Shown here piece after piece: positions 1-9,590 of a stretch of DNA of 64,000 nt. The DNA is taken from positions 53,813 through 117,812 of the forward strand of contig CANSII010000002.1 of assembly GCA_947646915.1 (NCBI GenBank), given 5' to 3'. How positions within the stretch are numbered: position 1 is the first letter of the stretch; each line of letters starts with the position of its first letter. The translations under genes were made by a program, and so were the position numbers. Source of the DNA: an uncultured Clostridium sp. (GTDB taxonomy: Bacteria; Bacillota; Clostridia; TANB77; CAG-508). The notes beneath the pieces were generated by a model. It saw only the letters and a program-made list of their open reading frames with translations. It was not told the origin of the DNA and searched no databases.

Positions 1-137
1 CACCTTACTTTAATTGCTTTTAAATAATACAATATTTTTTTTAATTTGTCTATACTTTTTTTAAAAATTATGTTAAAATATTTTACAAAGTAATTTTTAT
101 TAAAGAAGTTATTGCTTTAGAAAGGATTGATTAGAAT

Positions 138-323
138 ATGAAATTTGATAAAGATACAAAAATTGGAGAGATTTTAGAAAAGTCTCCTGAAAAGGCAGAT
201 ATACTTTTGGAAATTGGTATGCATTGTTTGGGTTGTCCTGCTTCTCAAATGGAAACTTTAGAAGAAGCTTGTGCAGTTCATGGAATTGATGTAGAAGAAG
301 TTATTGAAAAATTGAATGCTTAA
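138..323 (+). CDS. small Cys-containing redox-like protein (DUF1858-like)
   Basis: 61-aa ORF with a GCPASQMETLEEAC-type motif; good ribosome-binding site (RBS) context. Confidence 0.4.
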   Translation: MKFDKDTKIGEILEKSPEKADILLEIGMHCLGCPASQMETLEEACAVHGIDVEEVIEKLNA

Positions 324-436
324 TATTTATTTAAGTATAATAACATCAGAATGCTTATTTATAAGCACTTTTATTTAATATAAAAAGTGAAAAATACTAT
401 TTACAACAAAAAATTGTGAAAAAATTAAAAAAAGTA

Positions 437-465
437 TTGACAGTTTGAAAAAAATATAGTATTAT
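437..465 (+). promoter_or_regulatory. sigma-70-like promoter upstream of the tRNA cluster
   Basis: TTGACA (437..442), 17-nt spacer, TATTAT (460..465), about 40 nt upstream of tRNA-Lys. Confidence 0.5.
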
Positions 466-503
466 ATAAAAGCGTTCTGAGTTATACTTAGAATTTTGGT
501 GAT

Positions 504-579
504 GGGCTATTAGCTCAGGTGGTAGAGCACTTGACTTTTAATCAAGTTGTCCCGCGTTCGAGTCGCGGATAGCTCACCA
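504..579 (+). tRNA. tRNA-Lys (anticodon TTT)
   Basis: Cloverleaf: acceptor GGGCTAT/ATAGCTC, anticodon loop CTTTTAA, T-loop TTCGAGT, 3' CCA. Confidence 0.85.
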
Positions 580-620
580 AAAGAACTAAATAATATAATT
601 ATTTAGTTCTTTGTATATAT

Positions 621-695
621 GGCCCCTTGGTCAAGCGGTTAAGACATCGCCCTTTCACGGCGGAGACATGGGTTCGATTCCCGTAGGGGTCACCA
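621..695 (+). tRNA. tRNA-Glu (anticodon TTC)
   Basis: Near-identical to the Bacillus-type tRNA-Glu GGCCCCTTGGTCAAGCGGTTAAGAC...CCCTTTCACGG...CACCA. Confidence 0.85.
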
Positions 696-700
696 AGAAT

Positions 701-777
701 GCCACTTTAGCTCAGTTGGCCAGAGCACCGCACTTGTAATGCGGGGGTCCCCAGTTCGAATCTGGGAAGTGGCTCCA
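701..777 (+). tRNA. tRNA-Thr (anticodon TGT); 3' end forms attL of the ICE
   Basis: Acceptor GCCACTT/AAGTGGC, anticodon loop CTTGTAA, TTCGAAT T-loop, CCA; the 3' 45 nt are repeated at 52209..52253. Confidence 0.85.
733..777 (+). repeat. attL core (tRNA-Thr 3' segment)
   Basis: CTTGTAATGCGGGGGTCCCCAGTTCGAATCTGGGAAGTGGCTCCA, matched at 52209..52253. Confidence 0.75.
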
Positions 778-882
778 TATAGGTCAGTAGTCTTGAAATA
801 GTCTTGATTGCTGGCTTTTAGACTTTTTATTGGTATAAAAAATGCCAATATTTTTTATATAGGGAAGAGGGATTTTTTGATT

Positions 883-912
883 TAGTCCCCATTTAGTCCC
901 CACATAGTCCCC
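883..912 (+). repeat. three direct TAGTCCCCA repeats (candidate integrase arm-type sites)
   Basis: TAGTCCCCA at 883, 894 and 904, spaced about one helical turn apart, between attL and int; a fourth copy plus an inverted partner lies near attR (52007..52037). Confidence 0.5.
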
Positions 913-960
913 ACTTTTTAGTATAGTTACATAAAAATTAGGAAACATAAAATTTTCTTT

Positions 961-2706
961 TTATGCAGGTACTTTTTCTTGTAATTGCATAATAAAACAT
1001 TTTAAAATATTTAAAGTTTCATCGTTTAATTCTAAATAATGTGTCAGATCTTCTTTTTGAACTTCTTGTAGATTTTCAATGTTTTTGTGTTTTTGATTTA
1101 TATTATTTTGAAGATGTATCAAATCTTTATTTTCATTGCCTAAATAATTTTGTATATCTTTTTGTTGAATTTTCTGTAATTCATCCTTTTTCTGTTTAGA
1201 AGATATATGAATATAGTATTTTTGAGTTGTTTCATATTCAGTATGTCCCATTAAAGGAGCTAATACTTCAGGAAGCATTCCAGAATTTCTGCAATGAGTT
1301 GCAAAACTGTGTCTTAATCCATAAAGTACCATATGTGGTAATTTATTTCTTCTAATAAATTTTAAAAAATTCCTAGATAATACTTTTGGTGTAAATGGAG
1401 TTCTTGAACTATTTAAGAAAACATATTGATTTTCAGACCATTTCAAATTATTTTTTTCAAATTCTTCTTGTTGTTCTTTTTTATGTTCAATTAGTAAGTC
1501 TTTTATTAATAAATCAATAGGTATATGTCTATAACTTTCAGGTGTTTTCAAAGGTCCATCTTCATTTTTCCAACCTATTCTTTCCATAGTTACTTTATTA
1601 AAAATAGGATTAGTTTTATAAGCGTTTTGAACATAAAAATCATCTTGTAAAAAATCAAGATCTATCCATCTAACACCACAAGTTTCTTCAGGACGAGTTC
1701 CATGTAATAAAGTGAATAAGAAAGCCAGTGAGCCATCTGTTTTTTTATGATATTTTGCTTTAAATCCATAATCCTTTATCATACAATTAATCCATTTGGC
1801 TCTTTCTTCTTCCTCTATGAATTCATAACTATTTGTATTTTTATTTTTTTTGACTTTATTTTTAGTTTTTATTTGTTTATCAGCAATAGGACTAATTTCA
1901 AGATATGATTTATCTACTGCGAATTGAAATGTTTGCTTTAATGAAAGTAATAAAACTCTTTGAGTATCTTTGCATTTTGTCATTGTTAGTATCTCATCAA
2001 CATTTTTTTCAGAAAAGATATTTATGTTATCACATTCAGGATGTTCATCAAGATATGGAAAAACTATACTCCATAAATATCTGTTATAACTTTGTAATGT
2101 TGTTGGACTAAAATAGTCTTCATCATCATAAGGTTTTAGAGTTCTTTCATACAAGTATTGTTGCCATTCAATAATAACATTTCTAAAAGTAATTATATTA
2201 GAATCAGTATCTATTACAGATTCTAAAACTTCTTTTTGCTTGTCAACAGAAAGAACATTATTAGTTAAAATATTAGATACTTCTTGAATTTTATTCATAT
2301 TTTCAGGTCTTAAATATAAATTTTCAAGTAATTTAGTAAATGACATTATCATATTATTTAAAGAGTTAGTATTTTGATAAAATTCTTGAGTATTTTCATA
2401 AATGATATTTTCAATAAAAAATATTACATTACCATCATTATTTATAGATATTTTGCTAAATTTTTTATTTGTTCCTTCTAAAGCATCTTCAATTTTAGGT
2501 ATTAGATTTTGAATGGCCATTTCATAGGATAGCTTACTAGTTGCTTCAGGTCTAGGATTTTTCACATTTTCAATTTTTAATAAAGAAGCTGTCCTTGCTC
2601 TAAAAATTTCTCCTTTCATACTTAGTTTAATTTCAAAAGACATACAATTTAGGTTTATTTTTGACATCTTCGGTTGTGTACTTATTTTTTCCATTATCTC
2701 CTCCAA
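961..2706 (-). CDS. int: tyrosine-type integrase (581 aa, extended N-terminal domain)
   Basis: C-terminal catalytic motifs LRHSFAT...MGHTEYETTQKYY; adjacent to a tRNA gene; no in-frame CGG. Confidence 0.9.
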   Translation of the reverse strand: MEEIMEKISTQPKMSKINLNCMSFEIKLSMKGEIFRARTASLLKIENVKNPRPEATSKLSYEMAIQNLIPKIEDALEGTNKKFSKISINNDGNVIFFIENIIYENTQEFYQNTNSLNNMIMSFTKLLENLYLRPENMNKIQEVSNILTNNVLSVDKQKEVLESVIDTDSNIITFRNVIIEWQQYLYERTLKPYDDEDYFSPTTLQSYNRYLWSIVFPYLDEHPECDNINIFSEKNVDEILTMTKCKDTQRVLLLSLKQTFQFAVDKSYLEISPIADKQIKTKNKVKKNKNTNSYEFIEEEERAKWINCMIKDYGFKAKYHKKTDGSLAFLFTLLHGTRPEETCGVRWIDLDFLQDDFYVQNAYKTNPIFNKVTMERIGWKNEDGPLKTPESYRHIPIDLLIKDLLIEHKKEQQEEFEKNNLKWSENQYVFLNSSRTPFTPKVLSRNFLKFIRRNKLPHMVLYGLRHSFATHCRNSGMLPEVLAPLMGHTEYETTQKYYIHISSKQKKDELQKIQQKDIQNYLGNENKDLIHLQNNINQKHKNIENLQEVQKEDLTHYLELNDETLNILKCFIMQLQEKVPA

Positions 2707-2789
2707 TGCTTTTAGAGAAAATTATTAGAATTATAAGTTTGTTTTCTATATTGTATAATAATTTTTCTCAAAAAACAATGTTGAAAAAA

Positions 2790-2987
2790 TTAATATTTAT
2801 AATTGCCGTATGTACCTGGATTCTCATCAAACCATTGTTTTAATTTATTTTTATTTATTATTATTTTTCTTTTAAAACGAATGGATGGAAAACCAGGAAC
2901 GGTTACCAATTTCAACATAAGATTTTTTCCAATTCCTAATAATTGAGCTGCTTCATCTACCGTAATTCCAATTCTTTCATTTTCCAT
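2790..2987 (-). CDS. excisionase-like HTH DNA-binding protein
   Basis: MENERIGITVDEAAQLLGIGKNLMLKLV helix-turn-helix (HTH) motif immediately downstream of int; start chosen at the internal Met. Confidence 0.45.
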   Translation of the reverse strand: MENERIGITVDEAAQLLGIGKNLMLKLVTVPGFPSIRFKRKIIINKNKLKQWFDENPGTYGNYKY

Positions 2988-3198
2988 TAGTATCACTTCC
3001 GTTTTTGATTTTTTGTAATTTTTTTCTTGCTTCAGCTTGTGCATTAGCAATAGTTTGAACCATGTCTCTAGGATAAAGTTTAAAACATTGTCGCATTTCT
3101 ATTCCTAATGTATCAGGGGTTATTTCTTCGCGATATTTAGAACTTTGCATATAATTTAATGTAATTTGTGCATAAGCAACTGCATCTTTTTTATTCAT
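2977..3198 (-). CDS. hypothetical protein
   Basis: 73-aa ORF in the int-proximal operon. Confidence 0.3.
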   Translation of the reverse strand: MNKKDAVAYAQITLNYMQSSKYREEITPDTLGIEMRQCFKLYPRDMVQTIANAQAEARKKLQKIKNGSDTNGK

Positions 3199-3436
3199 TT
3201 ATTGCACCTCCTACAAAGGTTTCAAATAATGTAATTATTTTATCCCATTTCATTTTTGAATTTTCTGTTAGGTTAATTTCGCATTTTTCTATATATGAAA
3301 AATCTTCCTTATTTCGTATAATTAATTCTAATTTCTGTGTGTCATTTGCAGTATAATGAACCTCAGCATATACTTTACTTTGATTATTGTGTAATTTATC
3401 AGCTAGTTTAAATACTTTTAACAATTTTTCTTCCAT
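3191..3436 (-). CDS. hypothetical protein
   Basis: 81-aa ORF, overlaps its neighbours by a few nt (operon arrangement). Confidence 0.3.
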   Translation of the reverse strand: MEEKLLKVFKLADKLHNNQSKVYAEVHYTANDTQKLELIIRNKEDFSYIEKCEINLTENSKMKWDKIITLFETFVGGAINE

Positions 3437-3442
3437 ATTCTT

Positions 3443-3859
3443 TTACCTCTCTTTTATATATTTAGGTACATCAGCAGAGCGACCAAGTTTTGTGTCAAAT
3501 TCGTACCTTTTTTTTGAAGGGTTATAACTATATGCACTATAATTCCATTTTCTATAACTTTCATTACTTAAATAACTTGATTTTGATAATTCTCTAGTAG
3601 CTTGTTCGTGCTGTGATTGAATGTAAGAATAGTTATCTTCCAGTCTTTGTTTTTCTCTTTTATTTTTGATAAATTCGTTTTGAGCAATTTTTCTTTTATT
3701 TTTAGATTCTTTTTTTCTAAAATCTTTTTCTTGCATATATCTAGAATCTTGTTTTATAACTTTAGTAATATATGGTGTAGAAACTTTTAATTTTTCAGCT
3801 ATTTCTTTTACTTTTAAGTGTTCATTATAAAACAAGTTGATAATATCTTCTTTTGACAT
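3443..3859 (-). CDS. HTH-domain DNA-binding protein
   Basis: N-terminal LKVKEIAEKLKVSTPYITKVI HTH, basic C-terminal region. Confidence 0.4.
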   Translation of the reverse strand: MSKEDIINLFYNEHLKVKEIAEKLKVSTPYITKVIKQDSRYMQEKDFRKKESKNKRKIAQNEFIKNKREKQRLEDNYSYIQSQHEQATRELSKSSYLSNESYRKWNYSAYSYNPSKKRYEFDTKLGRSADVPKYIKER

Positions 3860-4248
3860 TTCTATAAACCATCCTATTTTAGGTTAATTTTTTGTCGACA
3901 CTTTTTATGTATGACGAATCTATTAGAAATCTATTTAATTTCTAATTCTTTCATTTTCTTTTTAAAGGCTTCTTGCCTTTGTTTTTTTATTCCTAATTCT
4001 TTGTGTAATCTATATTTTAGTTTTAGTTTGGGTAAGAGAATATCAAATATAAATAAGATTACAACAAAAGATATTCCTAATAAGATACATCTAAAAAACA
4101 TTTCTATATCTCCTTTCATAAAATTAGAAAAAGGCAATTAAGAGCTTGTCCTAACTGCCTTTTGTTAAATATAGTGTTTCCTATATATGCCCTTCAATAT
4201 ATATACATCCAAATTTTTCAGAAAAACTAACCGTAATTTGAAAAAATT

Positions 4249-4428
4249 TTAAAATTTATAATTTTTTATTCCTTCAATTAGTTTTAGTATAATAAATTGG
4301 TATCTATCTTCATTGCCAACACTGTATCTTTTAATTGTTTTTTTCTTTCGTTCTATTATCTCGATCATTGCCATTTCGTCGCCTTTTTGTGCTAATTTTC
4401 CTAATTCATATAAACTTTTATTTTTCAT
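4249..4428 (-). CDS. small hypothetical protein (59 aa)
   Basis: Hand-translated MKNKSLYELGKLAQKGDEMAMIEIIERKKK...; below the ORF-track size cut-off. Confidence 0.25.
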   Translation of the reverse strand: MKNKSLYELGKLAQKGDEMAMIEIIERKKKTIKRYSVGNEDRYQFIILKLIEGIKNYKF

Positions 4429-4816
4429 TCTTTACATCCCCTTTCAAATATTTCTTTAATTTTTCGATAGCTCTTAATTTTATTCTACTAACTGATTTGG
4501 AACATATATCTAAAATTGCAGAGGCTTCATCTTGCGAAAAATCCTCTTTAAAAAGCAAAAAAATCACCGACTGCTCAATGGCAGTAAGCGATTTTAAAGC
4601 TTTATTTAATTCTAAAACCATATCAATACTAGAAAATGCGTCAAAAGGCGCAATATATCCTTGTAAAAATTCAGAATAGTATTCATCATCAACAATAATC
4701 CTTTCTTTATTAGTAATATTCATTTGTTTTTTGAAAAATGTTCTTGATGATAAAATAATAGTTTTATTAAGAAAACTATCAAACCTTTCTTCCTTAAAGT
4801 CATTTTTGTTTTCCAT
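4418..4816 (-). CDS. sigma-70 region-4-like transcriptional regulator
   Basis: C-terminal QDEASAILDICSKSVSRIKLRAIEKLKK HTH resembling ECF-sigma region 4; start at MENKND with a GGGAGGAA RBS. Confidence 0.45.
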   Translation of the reverse strand: MENKNDFKEERFDSFLNKTIILSSRTFFKKQMNITNKERIIVDDEYYSEFLQGYIAPFDAFSSIDMVLELNKALKSLTAIEQSVIFLLFKEDFSQDEASAILDICSKSVSRIKLRAIEKLKKYLKGDVKNEK

Positions 4817-5060
4817 AAATATTCCTCCCAAATTCTTTCAAATTTGGGCTTAACATAACTGTTAAATGGAACACACAAAAAACAAAAAACCTCCTTTCTT
4901 AGCTTTTTATGTATTATATTCATATAAAAATAGGGCTTAATGGTCCTGTGAAAATTAAAACTTTTATCTTAAGTAACTTACAAATATCTTTAGTAAGTAT
5001 GTTCTAATCTAGCAGGTATATTAAGCCCTGCTAGGATTATAGAAAAACTTTTGCAAAAAA

Positions 5061-5151
5061 TTTGTCGAAAATAGAAAGCGATTTTGTCGAAAATAGTCAA
5101 TAAACGAATACTAGTCTTTTCTATTTCTTTAAAATAAAGGCTCGACAAAAA
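5061..5151. promoter_or_regulatory. operator-like repeats in the divergent regulatory region
   Basis: TTTGTCGAAAATAG at 5061 and 5083 (22-bp spacing) plus an inverted half-site CTCGACAAAA at 5141, between the divergent sigma-like and XRE genes. Confidence 0.4.
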
Positions 5152-5262
5152 AACTCATACTTTGACAAAGTATGTATTTTTTAATAAATAAAGTATGTAA
5201 TGTTTTGAAAAAAGAATGTAAAATATACATATATAAGAACATTGCTGGAGGGAGGTTAAAAT

Positions 5263-5614
5263 ATGGCATTGGATAAAATAGTAATAGGGGCTAGAGTTAG
5301 AAAAATTAGAGAAGAATTTTTTGAAGAATCAAGAGACAAGTTTTCTAAACGATGCAATTTGACAGAAAGACACGTTGGACAAATAGAAAGACGGCGATTT
5401 TTTAGTTAGTTTAAATGCACTTGATTGCATTTATTCAGCAACTGGCATAAGTATAGACTATATTTTATATGGAAAAGGTGAAAATAATAAACTGAAAATA
5501 AAAGACACTTTGCATGATATAATTGAAAGAGGAGATAAAGAAGAATTACAAATGTATTATAAATGTATTACTACAATAAAAAGCTATGTAACAAAAAAAG
5601 AAAAAAATGATTGA
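5263..5614 (+). CDS. XRE-family HTH regulator; full length requires a +1 shift at an in-frame CGG (5392..5394)
   Basis: Frame 1 reads ...VGQIERRRFFS*; skipping C5392 gives ...QIERGDFLVSLNALDCIYSATGISIDYILYG, the canonical XRE C-terminal half. Confidence 0.6.
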
Positions 5615-5683
5615 TAGTAGTTTGAAAATTGCTATCTTTTATGTTATAGTATAGAAAATATCAATAAGAAATGGAGCAAGAAA

Positions 5684-5902
5684 ATGAACTTTAAAACAGA
5701 CTTAGCAGAAAAAAATCAAAAATTATTACAAGAAATTGGATATAAAATTGAAAATCGAGAATATTCACTTGAAGAAATTAAAACCTGTGAATCTTATATT
5801 GCTAATCATATTATGAGTCAAAGTAGCAAAAACAATAATATTGCAAAAGAAACAATAAAATTTAATGATTTAATTAACATTTTAGTAAAAAATGAAAATT
5901 AA
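5684..5902 (+). CDS. hypothetical protein
   Basis: 72-aa ORF with an RBS. Confidence 0.3.
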   Translation: MNFKTDLAEKNQKLLQEIGYKIENREYSLEEIKTCESYIANHIMSQSSKNNNIAKETIKFNDLINILVKNEN

Positions 5903-5925
5903 TAAATAATTTGGAAGTGATTGAA

Positions 5926-6207
5926 ATGACAGAGAAAGAATTGAAAGTTTTTGCTATCAATTTTATAGAATTAAAAGAAAAACAAAATGAAAATTATATT
6001 AGATATTCTTATTATGAATTAAAAGTAAAAAACAATCTTAATGAGAATGAAATTGACCAAGTATTAAGAATAAGTCGAGATTACTTTGAAAACAACGGTT
6101 ATAAAGTTTATTTTACTAATGCAGAATTTGAATATGAAAATGCTAAAAGGAAAGTAGAATCAAATGAGTTAATGATAGCAATAAAAAATAAAAAAACTAA
6201 TCAATAG
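5926..6207 (+). CDS. hypothetical protein
   Basis: ORF 5911..6207; start placed at the Met with the better RBS. Confidence 0.3.
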   Translation: MTEKELKVFAINFIELKEKQNENYIRYSYYELKVKNNLNENEIDQVLRISRDYFENNGYKVYFTNAEFEYENAKRKVESNELMIAIKNKKTNQ

Positions 6208-6241
6208 TTATTATATAATTGAGGTAGAAGGGAAAATAATA

Positions 6242-6739
6242 ATGTTTGAAACATTACTTGTAGATTTTGCACTACTGGTAGCACTATTAATTATGTTTAT
6301 GATATATGTAGGACCATTTATTTTGTTTTTTTCAAGTATAATATTTGTATTAACGAGAAAGTCAATATATATAAGTTCGAAAATTTTGATAGTTATAATT
6401 ATTTTAGTTATCACTTTTTTATTATTTATAACATTGATAAAATTTATTGATAAACCAAGTAAAGATTATTCTAAAATGAAACAAATAAATGATAGCAAAA
6501 GTATTATAGGCTTGTCAAAAGAAGAAGTTGAGAACAAATTAGGAAAACCAGGAAAAATAGAAAAATCACAAAATATTTATTTATATGATGCAGGAACCTT
6601 ATATAGAGAGGTTACATTTATAAATCGTTATGGATTATGGGTAAAAACTTATTATTATGCACTATTTGTTTATTTTGATGAAAATGATATTGTAGAATCA
6701 ACTAGCCTTAAAGAATCATTAGAATTTTATGTACCATAA
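6242..6739 (+). CDS. membrane protein (2-3 TM helices)
   Basis: Hydrophobic N-terminal half. Confidence 0.35.
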   Translation: MFETLLVDFALLVALLIMFMIYVGPFILFFSSIIFVLTRKSIYISSKILIVIIILVITFLLFITLIKFIDKPSKDYSKMKQINDSKSIIGLSKEEVENKLGKPGKIEKSQNIYLYDAGTLYREVTFINRYGLWVKTYYYALFVYFDENDIVESTSLKESLEFYVP

Positions 6740-6842
6740 TATAAAAAGATGGAAATATTATGAAATTCGACAAATTACGCAAAATATGGTATAATTAAAG
6801 TAGCTTTTATGAGATATACAAAAGAAAAGGAAGGTGATTTAT

Positions 6843-7535
6843 ATGGAAAAGAAAAAAATGAAAATATGGAAGAAAATTTTAATTATAATTTCAATTCTAG
6901 TTGTAATATTTATCATTATAACGGCTAGAAAAATGATAATCATTAAAAATTTACAGAGTAACATAGAAAAATATAGAAATGCAGAAAACTATTATGCAAC
7001 AATATACCAATATCAAGGAAATAATTTACAAATATATACAAGTTACAAAAAAGGAAATAAGAGTCTATCTACAGTTAAATCTTTAAATGAAGATGGCACA
7101 AGAACACTAATTAACTATACTGATGACAAAATCTCTCATCTTTATTTTGATGTTCCAGGAAGTAAAGTTGCTATATTAGATGGAAATGGAGTTCCTGGTG
7201 CAGTTCAAATAGCAGAAGGATTATATACAGAAAATGTATGGCAATTTATTGTAAGAGCTATAAAATCTTCAATAAAAACGGAAGAATGTAATGGAAAAGA
7301 ATGTTATAGAATACAAATAGGTTGTTTTGATTTAATGTGTTTTAATAATCATAATAATGACGTATGTTACTTTGATAAAGAAACCGGTTTAAAAGTTAGA
7401 GAATTTAATGGTACAGTAGGAGATGGAGAAAATAAAATTAATATTGTCTCAGATTATCATTATGAGTTTGATATTGTTAAAGATGAAGATATAAAAGAAC
7501 CTAATATATCTGAATATACAATACAAGAAAACTAA
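6843..7535 (+). CDS. membrane-anchored or secreted hypothetical protein
   Basis: N-terminal TM/signal segment; related to the protein at 34700..35428 (shared ...DKETGL...FDIV..D.DI motif). Confidence 0.35.
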   Translation: MEKKKMKIWKKILIIISILVVIFIIITARKMIIIKNLQSNIEKYRNAENYYATIYQYQGNNLQIYTSYKKGNKSLSTVKSLNEDGTRTLINYTDDKISHLYFDVPGSKVAILDGNGVPGAVQIAEGLYTENVWQFIVRAIKSSIKTEECNGKECYRIQIGCFDLMCFNNHNNDVCYFDKETGLKVREFNGTVGDGENKINIVSDYHYEFDIVKDEDIKEPNISEYTIQEN

Positions 7536-7608
7536 AGTTATAAAAGTAGAAGCAAGTAATTATTACTTGCTTTTATGATACTGCAATATAAAAAATAGTA
7601 GGTTGATT

Positions 7609-7932
7609 TTAATACCTACTATTGTCATTGCTAGCTTTTTTTGTTGCTTCTTTTAAATATTTTTGAATAGCAAAAATAGATTTTTTATGAATAGAACTTA
7701 AATTTTCAATATTTACTTGTTGACCTAGCATAATATCTTCAATCATTTTTTTTATTTCATTAAGAGTTAATCCAAAAAAATCTAAAAAAGCTATTTTAAA
7801 AATAATCTCAATATAGTTTTCGTCATAATGACTAGAATTTTCTTCTATTATTTGTTTTTCTATTTTATCATAAATTAATTTTCCGTGTCGCTCTAAGAAA
7901 AGTGTACTAAAATTCATATCAAAAAAATCCAT
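7609..7932 (-). CDS. hypothetical protein
   Basis: 107-aa ORF. Confidence 0.3.
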   Translation of the reverse strand: MDFFDMNFSTLFLERHGKLIYDKIEKQIIEENSSHYDENYIEIIFKIAFLDFFGLTLNEIKKMIEDIMLGQQVNIENLSSIHKKSIFAIQKYLKEATKKASNDNSRY

Positions 7933-8017
7933 GAAATCACCTCTTATTTAATATATAATATACCATAAAATTAGAATAATTATAATTTATTTGCTAAATT
8001 ATTGTTTCGTAGATATA

Positions 8018-8314
8018 TCATTTGATAGTTAATGCAGTTATGATAAATTTTACACCATCAGCAACACCATTTCTATATAGTAATTCATTCTCTTTGCATA
8101 AATACTCACATTCTACATCATTATATTTTGATAGTAAATTTTTTAATTTATTTCTTGATTTTGGATGTACTCTTGTATCAATAAATTTGATAATTTCGTC
8201 ATAGGCTAGGCTTGATTTATTTTTGCATCGTTCTCTTTCCAAATCCTCTAAATCAAACAATTCCTCATCTTCTTTTTTGTTAAATACAAAATTAATAATG
8301 TCCCTATAATTCAT
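8018..8314 (-). CDS. hypothetical protein
   Basis: 98-aa ORF. Confidence 0.3.
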   Translation of the reverse strand: MNYRDIINFVFNKKEDEELFDLEDLERERCKNKSSLAYDEIIKFIDTRVHPKSRNKLKNLLSKYNDVECEYLCKENELLYRNGVADGVKFIITALTIK

Positions 8315-8329
8315 AGGCCATTCACCTCC

Positions 8330-8671
8330 CTATTTGTTATACAATTTTAAATCTTTTCTAATGTAATCCTCGATTTCTGGGATAAGTTCTTCTTGATCTC
8401 TTAAAATTTCACCTGGTGGAAATGCTTTACTTGTACCAGGTGTTAGCCCTAAATCTAACATAAAAGATATTTGTTTTTTATTTAACCCAAAATAATTTAA
8501 AGCTACAACATAATATACAACAAGACAATATTGGACTAATACTTCATCTTTACCAATCTTTTTTATTATTTCTATTGGTAATTTTATCTTTTTGCATATT
8601 CTATCAGCTAAATTTTTAAAAGTATCTTTCCCATATCGCGCAATCCAGTATGTAAAATAGTAATTTGGCAT
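8330..8671 (-). CDS. hypothetical protein
   Basis: 113-aa ORF. Confidence 0.3.
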   Translation of the reverse strand: MPNYYFTYWIARYGKDTFKNLADRICKKIKLPIEIIKKIGKDEVLVQYCLVVYYVVALNYFGLNKKQISFMLDLGLTPGTSKAFPPGEILRDQEELIPEIEDYIRKDLKLYNK

Positions 8672-8879
8672 TTTCTCCTCCTTTCACGATGATTGTATAT
8701 AAATATTTTCTATATGTTAATGCTCAAAAAAATTTTTTTTTATCTTTTGTAATCATTGTATCTGTAAGTATGTAAAAATTTCTTGTAAAAAAATTTAAAA
8801 ATTTGATACTAAAAATGTTCAAAAATGCTTATATTTCAACGAAAAAATTTTTTAAGCCGTGCTTATTGAAATCAATAAA

Positions 8880-9115
8880 AAAACTGTGTAAAATATAAGT
8901 GTGTATTAGATTATGTTATAGTTTTTACTATAACTATCCATAAAGTATAACTTTATGGCATAACTACTAAATAAAAGTTAGTAGTAGTATATCTACATTG
9001 TAAAACAATGTAGCATAAAATGGGTACAAACAAGACATTTATATAGATTATTTGTCGTGTTTATATAAAAAAGGAAGTTAGAATCTTAAAAGATGCCCCC
9101 CTCTTTTAAGGTTGC
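8880..9115. other. hairpin-rich noncoding region (candidate oriT or replication origin)
   Basis: Perfect inverted repeats CTACATTG/CAATGTAG, CCATAAAG/CTTTATGG, ACTACTAA/TTAGTAGT and TTAAAAGA(TGCCCCCC)TCTTTTAA clustered in a 500-bp ORF-free gap upstream of the + strand replication module. Confidence 0.3.
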
Positions 9116-9207
9116 TTAACTTTCTATTTTTTTACCCAAAAATAAGGGAAAGGAGGATTTATTAAAGAAATCTTTTACACAAAAATAATGGAAGGAGATT
9201 TTAAATT

Positions 9208-9570
9208 ATGAAAAGTGGATTTAATTTTGAATTATACGAAACACTTTTTACAAATTGCTTTATTGTTAGTTCAAGATATACCAATGGAAATTTACAATTA
9301 AGTTTGTTTGGAACTGATCCAGCAACAAATGAAACAGCACATTTTGCTGATATTACACTAAATCAAAATAGCAGAATGCTAAAAGAAAACGAAATTGTAG
9401 TTGATTTCAAATATAAGCCTACAATGATACCACAATTAATTAAACTTGGTATTTTAAAGGAACAAGTTGGTATATGTGTAATAAAGGATTCTTTATATCC
9501 TATTTATACTATTGATAGAACAATGGTAAATCAAAAACAATATTGTATGCAAGAATTAGTTGCTGCATAA
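9208..9570 (+). CDS. hypothetical protein (ends ...VAA)
   Basis: 120-aa ORF with a GGAAGGAG RBS. Confidence 0.35.
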   Translation: MKSGFNFELYETLFTNCFIVSSRYTNGNLQLSLFGTDPATNETAHFADITLNQNSRMLKENEIVVDFKYKPTMIPQLIKLGILKEQVGICVIKDSLYPIYTIDRTMVNQKQYCMQELVAA

Positions 9571-9590
9571 AAAAGAAAGGAAGATTAAAA

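Noticed and set aside
1905-2843. ORF-track entries 1905..2111 (+) and 2661..2843 (+)
   Set aside because: They lie antisense to or overlapping the integrase coding sequence, have a low-complexity hydrophobic composition and no RBS; these are spurious.
4249-4428. A first hand translation of the small minus-strand ORF as a 47-aa protein
   Set aside because: Re-derivation codon by codon gives 59 aa ending ...IKNYKF*; the coordinates were corrected accordingly and the call is kept at low confidence.
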